DNA from: Lytechinus pictus
Taxonomy: Eukaryota
Direction of reading: 5' to 3'
Length of the DNA: 64,000 nt
Assembly (NCBI RefSeq): GCF_037042905.1
Contig: NC_087251.1
Location: 31,870,001 to 31,934,000, forward strand
The number at the start of each line of letters is the position of its first letter. Positions within the stretch are counted from its first letter, which is position 1. The notes below the pieces were generated by a model. The model was not told where the DNA came from. It saw only the letters and a list, made by a program, of their open reading frames with translations, and did not search any database. A program made the translations under genes and the position numbers. Shown here in pieces: positions 41,001 through 51,180 of this stretch.

Positions 41001-44000
41001 AACATAATTGTTTCATTTTTTCATAAATGTGTAAATGATGTGTCTTCGTTATTATGAAATAAGTTGCAGCAAGGAATAACTAATGCACTTGATCAGTTGT
41101 CAATCCCATTGTTTTAGTTCTTGGTAGAAAAAAAATTGAATGAAAATAATTTCATATAATAAAATACAAAAGAACAAGTGGGGATATGACATCATCAGCC
41201 CACCTAATGAATATTCATGAAGACATGCCTAGAACTATTTCACCGGAATAATGCACATTTTAAAATTCAAAAACTTTGTTATTTGTTATCTGATTTTGAT
41301 GAAATTTTCAGCATTTTGCTCTGTGAATTTTACTCTATTTATTTAGATATAAATATTTTCAGCCTGGAGCATCCTTTTAATCTTCAACAAAGATTTAAAC
41401 ACCCTTATCAACTCTAGAAATCCAACAAAGATTTTATAGTCCTGCAGTTAGCCTGTCATTGCAATGATATCATTGCACTCAAATCCTAATTAGCTACCAG
41501 ATAATTTTATTCATTTTTTTTTGTTTGTGTTTCATCTTTTGTTGTTGACAGATACTTCACCTATTTGTTTGATTTGCTCATCATCATCAACGCATTCTTT
41601 GTGGGATTCAAACTAGATGAGGGAGAACCATACTTCCTTGCTCTGTTCTCCGTGGAGATTGTACTCAAGATGTATGCCCTTGGCTTTTATAAATTCTTCC
41701 ATAGTTTCTGGAATGTGTAAGTACCTAATGTGAAACTATAAGTGGACTCTCACATCTTACAAGATAGTTTGCATCATGGACTTTCTGGGGTCCATGTTTA
41801 TGAAGGAAGGAAGTAAGGAAGGATAATAGGAACCAGAAAATAGCATGAATTCTAGTCAAGCTTGGCCTCTTGTTGTTTAGGCAATTAATTAGTAACAAAT
41901 GAACAAGTCATTATATATTGTGAATCTACTGAACATAGTATGTAATACATGTGTATTATAAAGCTTTTTATGGTAATGAATTTGCAATAACAGTTAAAAG
42001 CTACTGAAATACTTTGACAATACTGATTGGCTGATAGTAAATTTGTTAGAGAAATTGTGTACTTCTTATTATAGCAATTCTTTGTAAAATGGGACCATGA
42101 ATTGTAATAATAATGTGAATATGAAATGTATAGCATCATTCTGTGAAAATAAATATGTATCTACATGTTGCAATAAGAAGTATTCTGTTCATTCTAATGG
42201 GTAGAGTTATATTTGGCCTTCTGTTGAGTGCATTTCATTCCATGTTTGTAACCACTGTAAATTAAAGTGGGGCAGAAGGCCTATTGTCACAGTTATGAAG
42301 TTGGCTATTTTCCCCTTGCATTCCAGGTGTGAATTTCTGTTATGTATACTCTTAATTCGATTCCATGACGTTTGCCTTTGAGACATTTGCTTCGATGGAA
42401 AATCTGCACATTAAGCCAAACATTAATCTAACCTCTAAAACTAAATAAACCCTAATTCTACTCTTCACATAATTCTGAACCAAAAACCCTATTACAATCC
42501 TAACTCTTACCCTATGCCCTCTAAGATATTAAGACCAGAGCAAATGTCACCGGAGCAGATTCATGTCACCCTTAATTCTGTGTTCTCTGAATCATTGTTT
42601 TTTTTTTTTTTCATTTGCTGAATAAATGATAAGTGTGACTTTAAGTCACACTTAAATCTGTATGAAACACCTCTGGAGTATAACACCATTCTAAATGGTC
42701 ATCTTACTGTAACGGGGGTGTTTCACAAAGATTTAAGTATGACTTAAAGTCGCACTTAAATGCTTCTTTGTGAAACACCCCCCTGATCTGTTAGTATTAG
42801 ATGAGGATATGGGGCATAATTATTTACCAAAACTAGCAATCAACTTGATTTTTCTACTTGATTTTGCAGATTTGATTTCCTTGTTATTGGAGCAGCTGTT
42901 GTTATCACTATCATAGAGGCTATTGTGAACAGCAGTAAGTAGATTGATTATGATGTGATGCTGAATTGCTCAAAGTGATGGTGATTTTATATTGACTCGT
43001 TTTCTTTTTTTTTACAGTAGCGTGGCTTGATCAAAAAGTGGCTGGACACTGTTCTCAAAAAGGAATGCAATAAAAATACAAATAGTGCAAATGAATTAAT
43101 ACATGTTCATGTATTAACAATGTAAACTGATGATGATGATGACCATGTTGTTGTTGATGATTGATAATGTTGATGATGATGATGATGATGATGACAATGA
43201 TGATGATGACGATGATGATGATAATGACGATGATGATGATGATGATGTTGATAATGATGATTATGATAATGACGATGATGACGAATTCAGAAATATTTCA
43301 TTATGCAGACCAACAGTCTAAGTCTATACTGAACATTTTTTTCAAGAAAATATAGTTATGGATATCTGGTAAGGAGTGGGTTTTCAGGATTCTCCAAACT
43401 TTTGCAAACAAAACCTCTCGCACAAGTTTTCTTTTTAAAAATTTGATTGCAAACTCATGACTAGGTTAATACCTAGGAATGCCAGGGTGGTGTTTCATAA
43501 AGCTGTTCGTAAAGTTATGCACAACTGGAATATGTTCTTAGGTGCCAAGTCAGCTACATGAGGGTTTATCATTAAGCACAAGAAATGGTCACAAGATGTG
43601 TATAAAGTCATGTGTATCTTGCATAAAACTTGATGAAACAGGCCCCAGGTTTTCCTCCATTGGTCGAATTCAAGCATTCAAACCAAGTTCAGTGCTGGTT
43701 GGAAGTTCCTCACCTTGTTTCTTACTACTTTGATACTTTATGTGATTACAGGTGAGACAGAGACCACGTTAGACATTCTTCTGATCCTTAGGGTACTCAG
43801 ACTGGTCAGAATTATCAACAACATAGAAAGGTATTACCACTTTGTTATGTAGACTCAAATCAGTTTTAGGTCAATATGCCATCATATGAGAATTTAAGGT
43901 CTGTTTAAGGCCTGTTTGTGGTTCAAGGTCACAGAGGTCGTTATATATATTAAAAAGCCTTGTACTTTTGAAAGCTCATTAACCATTTGAGGAATCAACT

Positions 44001-47000
44001 TCAAAACTGGAAGATGTATTTTTACTGGAGTGACAATGATTTGATTTGATTTGTTTGGGGGAACAGAGATCAAAGGTCACAGAGGTCATGCATCTTGAAA
44101 TTATCATTTTTGTGATAAGTCAAGAACTGTTTGGAGGAGTGACTTCAGACTTGGTCTATGAATGCAAGCATATAGCAAAGACAAAGATATTGTGGCTTAC
44201 TATTCTAGGAGAATAGCAAACTAGAACAGGAAATTAATTGGATAATTTCTCTGATCAAGCTAATTGGTGAATAAAAAAGTAGATTAGACTACAAATACTA
44301 TCAAGCACAAATACAGGATATTAGCCTCACTTCTCACCCCTATAAATTTATGCCTTTTTTCAGACCTTTTCTCATTCATGGAATGGGCTAAAAGTTTCTG
44401 GATATAATATATGTGGGTCATTTTTGTCTCGCCCACCAGAGGTGAAGGCGAGACTTAAGGATCCAAATGTCGTCTGTCGTCCGTACGTCACAAACCTTAT
44501 ATGACACATAACTCCACAACCGTAAGTCACTTTTCAACCAAACTTGGATGGTAGATGGACTTGGGGGACCTGCATGTTATGCTGCAGTCGGAGGTCACGT
44601 GGTAAGGTCAAAGGTAATTTTCAGGTCAACATTAAAGTTTACATGCAAGACTCTCTTATGACACCTAACTACGCAACCGTAAGTCACTTTTCAACCAAAC
44701 TTGGATGGTAGATGCATTTGGGGGATGTGCATGTTATGCTGCAGTTGGAGGTCACATGGTAAGGTCAAAGGTCATTTTCAGTTCAACGTTAAAGCTTACA
44801 TGCAAGACTCTCTTATGACACCTAACTCCACAAGCGTAAGGCACTTTTCAACCAAACTTGGATGGTAGATGTACTTAGGCAACCTGCATGTTATGCTGCA
44901 GTCGGAGGTCACATGGTAAGGTCAAAGGTCATTTCAGGTCAACGTTAAAATTTACATGCAAGACTCTCTTATGACACCTAACGCTACAACCGCAAGTCAC
45001 TTTTCAACCAAACTTGGATGGTAGATGGACTTGGGGGACCTGCATGTAAGGCTGCAGTCAGAGGTCACATGGTAAGGTCAAAGGTCATTTTCAGGTCAAC
45101 ATTAAAGTTTACGAGCAAGGCTCTTATGGCAAGTGTTATTCCATCCCAGTCATTTCACAATGAAATTTCGATACAATTCTGTTGCATGCCCTCGCAAATC
45201 ATGATATTTCTGGTTATTTTCATAAGTGGGCGAGACACAAAATCGCTTTTGCCTTGTTTGATTTGCAATCACTAAATTTGTAAACAAAATAAAAATATTA
45301 CTGAGATTTGACACTAGATGTTCAAGAAATTTTCAAGATTAAATGGCTAATCAAAATGATGCCCACTACTCTTTTTAAAGATGTTAGTATTAAATGATAT
45401 GTTAAATGAATTTCTTTGTGACAGATTTCATGTCATCGTAGCAACAGTGATGAATATTGGTCCTTCTATAATTACTTTTGGTGCAATTCTATTTGTAAGT
45501 ATCAAGTGCAAAGCGAACTGTTTATCTTTTTTTCTATTGACAGTCTACCCAAGTATAAATGAAACATTGCTAAGTTTATGCAGAATATATGTATATGGAT
45601 ACAGAACACAGAATATGTATACTACTCAGGTAGACTCATACTCAGTCAACCTTATAAGTGAAACATTGCTATTTATACAGAATATGTGTATTATTTTTTT
45701 GAGATGGGAACCTTGAATTTTTTTTCAAATCAAAATTGTTCTTATTGCAGAGACGTATTGATATTGGTTTCCTTGTTTATAGTGGATCCCGATGCGAAAT
45801 ATAAAACATATAATCACCTCCTGATTTCAGGTGACGAAGCAAGCTACCACTTCCTCGGCAAGCTGAATGTACCTGCTATCTTTCCTCAGCTTCACTTTGG
45901 AAAGATAGCTACATCCGGCTTGCCTCAGAATTGATATGTTTGTTTTGAAAGGTTACTTTATGGAATGACTCCAAACTGACGCGAGTTGATTTTTATGATT
46001 CTCATTTAGGTTGTATTTTACATCTATGCTGTGATTGGGATGGAACTGTACGCCGGTAAAGTCAACTACTATGGGTATGAGGTTGATGGTGCGGACCTGA
46101 CGGAGGATGAGCTTTATTGTGGCAACCCTCTCCTGCGTGGTTCGGATTTCTACCGAGATCATTACTGCAACAACAACTTCAACAACATCTTGAAGGCTTT
46201 CATTATCCTGATTGAGCTCATGGTCGTCAACCAATGGCATGATATCCTTTCAGTTATCACATTTCATAATGCTTGCAATATTAATCTTGAAAGAATTTTA
46301 AAGTGAATAGTAAATGACATTAAACTTGAACTATCACATGATTCTGATTTTTTTTTGTAAGCAATACATACCTCATAGGATAATAGATATTTAGCTATTC
46401 ACTAACAATCCAGTTAATTTGTGATATAATGTTATTTTTCATATTGATATTTTAACATATAGTGTCAGTATTCTAAAGCATGCAAAGCACCCCTCAAATT
46501 TTGAAAAGTTATAAAAAGTAATGATTCATTTTCCTGTATCTGTTTCAGATTTTGATAGTTAACTATTTCTTCCAATAAACCGAGACAAATGTAGATCAAT
46601 CTATTAACCTTAACAAAGTCACACTGATCTCTGAAGGATATGTGATAGTGACCAACAAGGCTTCTCGTCTATACTTCCTCTTCTTTCACATCTCTGTCGT
46701 CATTGTCATTATAAAGTAAGAAACACACCTTGTCTTTTACCTTGTCCTCATTTTAAATTATGAAACACACTATATGTTGACCTTTGAACCGATTTTGAAG
46801 TAGGAATCACACCATGTATTGACGGCAGCTTGGACCAGACTTGACCTCTCTATAAAGTAAGAACCACATGATATATTGACCTTTGACATCACTAATTTAA
46901 AACCATATCATATCTTGAACATAAATAAAGAATCACAGTATACCTGCACCACTGGCCTAAATATAAAGTAAGAACCACACAATATCTTGACCTTCGACCT

Positions 47001-49486
47001 CATTATGTAAGAATTTGACCTCATTTAGTACAAATCACACCATATCTTGACCTTTGGTATCATAAAGCAAGAATCAGAACATATCTTGACATTTGACCTC
47101 TTTGTAAAGTAAGAAAAGCTCCATATGTTAGTATTTGACCTCATTATAAAGTAGGAGTCACACTGTATAGTGACCTTTGACCTCTGATTAAAATAAGTAC
47201 CACACACTATCTTGACCTTTGACCTCTAGAAAGTAAGAATCACACCATGTTTCTCATTCCACCATGAATTTTAAACTTATGTTGACTATTGTATTTATTT
47301 TGCTCTGTTTGTTTTCTTCAGTATCTTTATAGCCTTTATCCTTGAGGTGTTCATGGTGGAATATTCCTTGTCAAAGACAGAGTATGAAAGTGCTCTAGAG
47401 AAAGTGGTAGAAGACCTTGGTCTGAGTGATAAAATGTGAGTATTTACCACATCTTTAGGGGGGAAGTGTTGTGGTTCTGTCTCTTGTCTTTCAACCTGAA
47501 AGTCAGTTTCAAATCCCTGGCTGCTATTCTCTCAAGCATTTTGCTTATGATAGCTGGCCACTGCATTTTGTTTTATTTGTTATTGCTTACATGTCTATTT
47601 ATGTAAATTATTCCTCTATTATGTAATCATCACAATTTGTAATTCTTTCATTTATTTTTGTACTTCTTTATATGCATTATGATTACTGTTATTATATTGA
47701 ATTATCAATAAATGCAGAAACAACTGCAAAAAAAAAAAAAAAAAAATCCCACTTTAGGTCAAGCATCCTTTTGGCAAGTTGTTAATATTCATTTGCCTCT
47801 CTCAATGTTGTTGGCTAAGCAATTTGAGTGACTGTAGAGCCTATTACTAGAATACTCCACAGGGAGTGGAAATGTTGCATTCACTGTGTGTGGGGGGGGG
47901 GGGCAAGCTAGAATATGATGGCCAGCTTAGTGAATAGTGATATATTTATAAAGCTCTTAATGGCATATTCCGCTATCCTATTAAGCACTATACAGTGGTA
48001 AAATAGACTTGTAGATGAGTATGATGATTGTTGGCAGAATTTAAAGTATATTTTTATTTATTTTATTTTATTTCTTTCAGAGACGTCTTAGAAGAAGCAA
48101 ATAGAAGGAGAAAGAAACCAGATCGCAAGGAGTTGGTGAATGAGATGGAAACGGAATACCCTGAAAACCCTGACGATAACCTCAAGTTTAGACTTGGAAA
48201 ACGTAGGTCTTAGCTGAATGCCATTTTGAAGGCTAATATGAGTGCAAACTTGAATACATGATTTTAAAAATAGGCCATATTCTGAGCCCGGTTTAACTTA
48301 AACATGACCCGTTGCATAAAAGTTACCATTATGCTAACTTTGCTATCCAATGGTAACTTGTCTGGAATCCTTGATTTTGATTGGTTGGTGATCAGCATTA
48401 CCATGGTAGTTACCATTGGATGGCAAAGTTACCATAATAGTAACTCTTATGTAACGTGGCCCTGGTGTAAGTCTGGGCTAAAATTATGGAAAGCTAAAAC
48501 TGTCATGAATTTTTGAACACAGTAAAATGCTTGTGTTTACCAGGTTCCTTCACATGTTTTGACACTAACTATCATAATTATCATTTCAAGGCAATTTTAT
48601 TGATTTTGAATGCCAAATGTGATGTTAAATTGATCATCTAATCATAGATATATCATATTTGTGTCTCATTTGGCTTCCCATATTTAAACTACAACTTTAG
48701 ACCATTGTTACAGTTAATTTGGAGTTCAGAATACGGTGTTTACCCCTTTCCTAGATGTATGCTCACATTTTAATAATCCATGTACCCATTCGATGCATTG
48801 CCAAACACTACAATCAATGTATAAAATTCATTATCACCATGAATCTTATTTTGAAGGGTGTAAGTGTTGAAAATTTCAAAATTATAAGTTTTGGCTCCTG
48901 CAACAGAAACATTATTCAAATAAGTTATTGAAGGCGGTTAGAAACCCAATTGTATCAATTAGAAACATTTCATTCTTTACCAAAAATAACCGGTTATAAA
49001 AAGTTTGAGTGTCCCTTAGTTGCCAACAGTAATTACTTTCATCACAAAGTGATGTCTTTATGCTCATTTTGAGTTTTGAATTTCTATCATAAACTAAACT
49101 CACATTTAAGAAAGCACAGGGTTTGTTCCATGGAGTGATTCGTTAGTGATTTAAACTGCTGCCTCAAGCATTTTGCCTAAATTCACAATGTTGGTTTTGA
49201 ATCGTTGGACTAAAACCATGGTTTACTATGCTTCATAAAACAGCACATATTTTGAGAAACCATCGCATAATGAATGAATTGTACGACATGATGTTTCTGA
49301 TAAAATCTGTTATCCATCTTATCTATTCATCGTGAAGGGCGGAAAGCAATGCAAGTGACTCTACAAAACATGTTCGAAGGTGAGCTTGACGATGAGGACA
49401 TAGGTCCGGAGGAGATCGATGATGTCGATGATATCCCAGACGTAGACATCATCCCCTTCCCATTGTCGGTGGATAACGTAGCTTAA
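25701..49486 (+). CDS. TPCN3: Two-pore channel 3 (endolysosomal cation channel), 19 coding exons, 858 aa
   Basis: The 19 exons listed below total 2577 nt in one open frame. Two 6-TM domains are present: S4-I RWSRPLRP, filter I TTANSPD, S4-II LRVLRLVRI, filter II VVNQW. TTANSPD and VNQW are typical of TPC3 rather than TPC1/2. Confidence 0.92.
26225..26675. mobile_element. TTAA-flanked MITE, family C
   Basis: TTAAAGGAAACCAAAA...TTTTGGTTTCCTTTAA. Confidence 0.7.
29235..29549. mobile_element. Small hAT-like MITE with internal ~60-bp repeats
   Basis: CAGGGTCCTGGGAA / TTCCCAGGGCCATG ends; TSD TGTTGTGA / TGTTGTGT (7 of 8 match). Confidence 0.6.
29765..29847 (+). CDS. TPCN3: TPC3 coding exon 2
   Basis: DLLLAATYIKDAKYGRNF; AG/GT boundaries. 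Confidence 0.9.
31494..31614 (+). CDS. TPCN3: TPC3 coding exon 3 (IS1)
   Basis: LSLAIFEEPAV...LPYW; AG/GT boundaries. Confidence 0.92.
32722..33218 (+). mobile_element. tRNA-derived SINE interrupted by an antisense SINE (about 32825-33076)
   Basis: A box TGGCTCAGGGTAG, B box GGTTCAATC and (ATT)-like tail on +. Second tRNA-like head on - (GGTCGTGTGGTCCAGTGG...GTTCGAATCCC). GACCTTCTG duplicated at 32816-32824 and 33073-33081. Confidence 0.7.
33275..33400 (+). CDS. TPCN3: TPC3 coding exon 4 (IS2)
   Basis: ASMLLECGCLTYFSLRL...WFRDMKN; AG/GT boundaries. Confidence 0.9.
34196..34251. mobile_element. 56-bp TIR-only hAT-like mini-element
   Basis: 25-bp TIRs (23/25 match) separated by 6 nt; 8-bp TSD GTCACACC (34188-34195, 34252-34259). 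Confidence 0.75.
34412..34534 (+). CDS. TPCN3: TPC3 coding exon 5 (IS3-S4)
   Basis: LTIIDM...VRWSRPLRPV; AG/GT boundaries. Confidence 0.92.
35812..35930 (+). CDS. TPCN3: TPC3 coding exon 6 (IS5)
   Basis: VRLAFSNIRKTLLEILNVLILLF; AG/GT boundaries. Confidence 0.92.
36798..36902 (+). CDS. TPCN3: TPC3 coding exon 7 (pore I)
   Basis: WDLYVLVTTANSPDI; AG/GT boundaries. Confidence 0.95.
37842..37968 (+). CDS. TPCN3: TPC3 coding exon 8 (IS6)
   Basis: MPAYD...YIFMSIFLAVIYKNYRKHLK; AG/GT boundaries. Confidence 0.95.
38492..38693 (+). CDS. TPCN3: TPC3 coding exon 9 (linker)
   Basis: NEVQKSVFNKRRKL...LLWRVLDQDGLNFI; AG/GT boundaries. Confidence 0.92.
39004..39494. mobile_element. Fold-back MITE, family D
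   Basis: TTCACCCTG...CAGGGTGAACTTCCCCTTTAA; related sequence at about 2909-3340. Confidence 0.6.
39610..39754 (+). CDS. TPCN3: TPC3 coding exon 10
   Basis: FMKLVDILNV...CPACYNSKAS...VSHR; phases 1/2 consistent. Confidence 0.9.
39897..40084. mobile_element. Palindromic ~185-bp MITE (GGGTGTTTCATAAAG family)
   Basis: Arms TTTCATAAAGCTGTTCGTAAGTTAAGAG / CTCTTAACTTACGAACAGCCTTATGAAA; relatives near 25486, 34085, 38707, 42714 and 43487. Confidence 0.7.
40198..40436. mobile_element. Small hAT-like MITE
   Basis: GGCGGCGGAAGC / GCTTCCGCCGCC TIR core; 8-bp TSD ACTGTTAT (40190-40197, 40437-40444). Confidence 0.8.
40782..41380. mobile_element. TTAA fold-back MITE, family B variant
   Basis: TTAAAGGGATGCTCCGG...TGGAGCATCCTTTTAA; colinear with 22497-23092. 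Confidence 0.78.
41552..41716 (+). CDS. TPCN3: TPC3 coding exon 11 (IIS1-S2)
   Basis: FDLLIIINAFF...FSVEIVLKMYALG...FWN; AG/GT boundaries. Confidence 0.93.
42870..42934 (+). CDS. TPCN3: TPC3 coding exon 12 (IIS3)
   Basis: FDFLVIGAAVVITIIE; AG/GT boundaries. Confidence 0.92.
43128..43282. repeat. (GAT)n imperfect microsatellite
   Basis: Directly visible; lies in TPC3 intron 12. Confidence 0.9.
43752..43830 (+). CDS. TPCN3: TPC3 coding exon 13 (IIS4)
   Basis: LDILLILRVLRLVRII; AG/GT boundaries. Confidence 0.93.
44421..45259. mobile_element. Second Helentron/DINE-like element with four ~157-bp tandem units
   Basis: Subterminal IR GTCTCGCCCAC (44426-44436) / GTGGGCGAGAC (45226-45236); (GTCC)-like microsatellite after the 5' block; unit starts near 44501, 44658, 44815 and 44971. 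A 5'-end fragment also lies at about 11100-11170. Confidence 0.75.
45425..45494 (+). CDS. TPCN3: TPC3 coding exon 14
   Basis: FHVIVATVMNIGPSIITFGAILF; AG/GT boundaries. Confidence 0.92.
46010..46241 (+). CDS. TPCN3: TPC3 coding exon 15 (IIS5-pore II), ends at a U12 AT donor
   Basis: YIYAVIGMELY...CGNPLLRGSDFYRDHYCNNNFN...ELMVVNQWH, followed by ATATCCTTT. Confidence 0.92.
46242..46624 (+). other. U12-type (minor spliceosome) AT-AC intron, 383 nt
   Basis: 5' site ATATCCTTT; branch site ACCTTAAC at 46607-46614, 10 nt before the terminal AC; removal restores the frame (NQWH-V-ISEGY). Confidence 0.92.
46625..46715 (+). CDS. TPCN3: TPC3 coding exon 16 (IIS6), begins after AC acceptor
   Basis: ISEGYVIVTNKASRLYFLFFHISVVIVII; donor AA|GTAAGA. 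Confidence 0.92.
46711..47250 (+). repeat. Degenerate ~42-bp minisatellite starting at the TPC3 exon 16 donor
   Basis: About 12 copies of AAAGTAAGAATCACAC...TTGACCTTTGACCTC-like units. Confidence 0.7.
47322..47435 (+). CDS. TPCN3: TPC3 coding exon 17
   Basis: (N)IFIAFILEVFMVEYS; AG/GT boundaries. Confidence 0.92.
48081..48202 (+). CDS. TPCN3: TPC3 coding exon 18
   Basis: DVLEEANRRRKKPDRKELV...LKFRLGK; strong acceptor; donor C|GTAGGT. Confidence 0.82.
49338..49486 (+). CDS. TPCN3: TPC3 coding exon 19 (terminal)
   Basis: RKAMQVTLQNMFEGELDDED...VDNVA*; phase 1 consistent; acceptor is a weaker aag. Confidence 0.8.
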
Positions 49487-50416
49487 AGAGATTTGTGATC
49501 TTTCAACTTCCAGTTTTGACATTGGGATATCGAGATATTATAATTAACAATCTGGTCTACGTAAGTTGACCTTTCCTTTGAAGTCAAAGTCATTTTTAAG
49601 ACCAGATTATGCAAGACCTGTGTTATTTACCTTCTGTCTGTCAAATTTCTCTGAAGGGGAACAGATTTCTGAGGTCCCAAGAGACTCTACTGAGGTAGGA
49701 TTACCTGTAATTCTGTTTCCTGACAGGACTGAAGGTACAGCCGGTAGTAATTTGGCAGATTTAATGATGCTTGGGCTCCATAAATGAGTTACAGAAGCAT
49801 TTTGTTAAGCCTTATTTACATTGCAGGTAACAAAGGAAATAAGTGAAACATTGTATCCCATGGACTTTTGGCACACAAAGAAATATTTCTGAGCTTTGTT
49901 GCGTCACGTCTGAATGAACCTCTATCGTGTTACTTTGTACATAGATGGTGTAATAGGCATATTTCAGACAGGTAGAGATTCGATATTTCACCCACTCTGA
50001 TTTTAGAGAGATTTATACTGACAATGGTGATCTAGATTGTATAAATTTGGGTGCATGGATAGATAGTTGATCAATTTTTTTCTTATGAAGATCTTTCAAC
50101 CAGTAGGCCAAAACAAAGATATAATTTTGCCAAATCTCAGATAAAAAATGGAGGGGGGGATAATAAGGTATAAATTCTTGCCAATTTTTCCTGACTCAGA
50201 AATGATCATGTGGTATAGACACGGCAATTGCTCCTCAGGTATCGGCAAATTCTATAAAAAATCAAGAGAGTAACTTTATTCACTTTCTAGTTAGTATATA
50301 GATACTGAGTCACTCATTAGTACTGTTAGCTGAACTCTTTGTATGCACTCAACCAAAGTAATATATTCACCTTTATATACTTGTAATTATTCCTTGATAT
50401 TAGTAAATTTATATAA

Positions 50417-51180
50417 CCCTATCTATGCTGGGGGGAGGGGCCTCGGAGGCCCCCCTTCAACGATTTGCGCAATATTTTCGCTGCGCGAATTTTTTTGACT
50501 GCGCCGCTTGCTGACTTTTTACTTTCAAGTCTTGCGCAACTTTTGAGACCAATTTTGCGTCACCCGGGTCCATGTTCCGAAACAACGCAACATTATGTAA
50601 GTGCATGTCAGACCAAAAATTGCTCAAAAATGATTTTGTGTACAAAGTCAATGCAAATTGTGTTTTCAACCAAAAATCATAAATGTATGATTATTTCTAG
50701 TTTTGCTGGTCTTAATCTATTTATTTTATGCGTTTTATGAACTCAGAAGAATCCCCAACAAATTTCATTGAAAAAACAATGATAAACAAAAGGTTAAAGA
50801 ACCAAAGAAATACATAAGAAATTGCTAAAAACAATATAATTCATAAGAAAATGATTTGATATCGCAATTTTGTTCATGTACACTTGCTAAGAACACCACG
50901 AAGAGTTTCTCTACCAAAATTTAGAACATTTGGAGCTTTATTTCGGGAGTTAGAGGAAAACGTATGATTTCGCATACCAGTTACGCATAAATTAGCATAA
51001 TCACTTAATAGCAATTCGCATTAAATAAATTACTATACAATTTTGTAGATTATGTCCCAGACAACCCGCGTGCCAATTTTTGGTGTGATCGCGCAGTCGA
51101 CGACCGAGATCTCAAGGGGGGGCCTGGGAGCCCCCCCCCCCCGCCGTATGACCTCCCAAAATATCCCGGTCTAGATAGGG
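50417..51180. mobile_element. piggyBac-like MITE downstream of the TPC3 stop
   Basis: (ATAA)CCCTATCTA...TAGATAGGG(TTAA); colinear with 63002-63811. Confidence 0.78.

Noticed and set aside
43130..43355. Poly-Asp and poly-Met ORFs
   Set aside because: Intronic (GAT)n microsatellite; the TPC3 frame is complete without it.
46242..46306. ORF-track extension of exon 15 (DILSVITF...ILK*)
   Set aside because: Read-through into the U12 intron; the conserved S6 is encoded from 46625.
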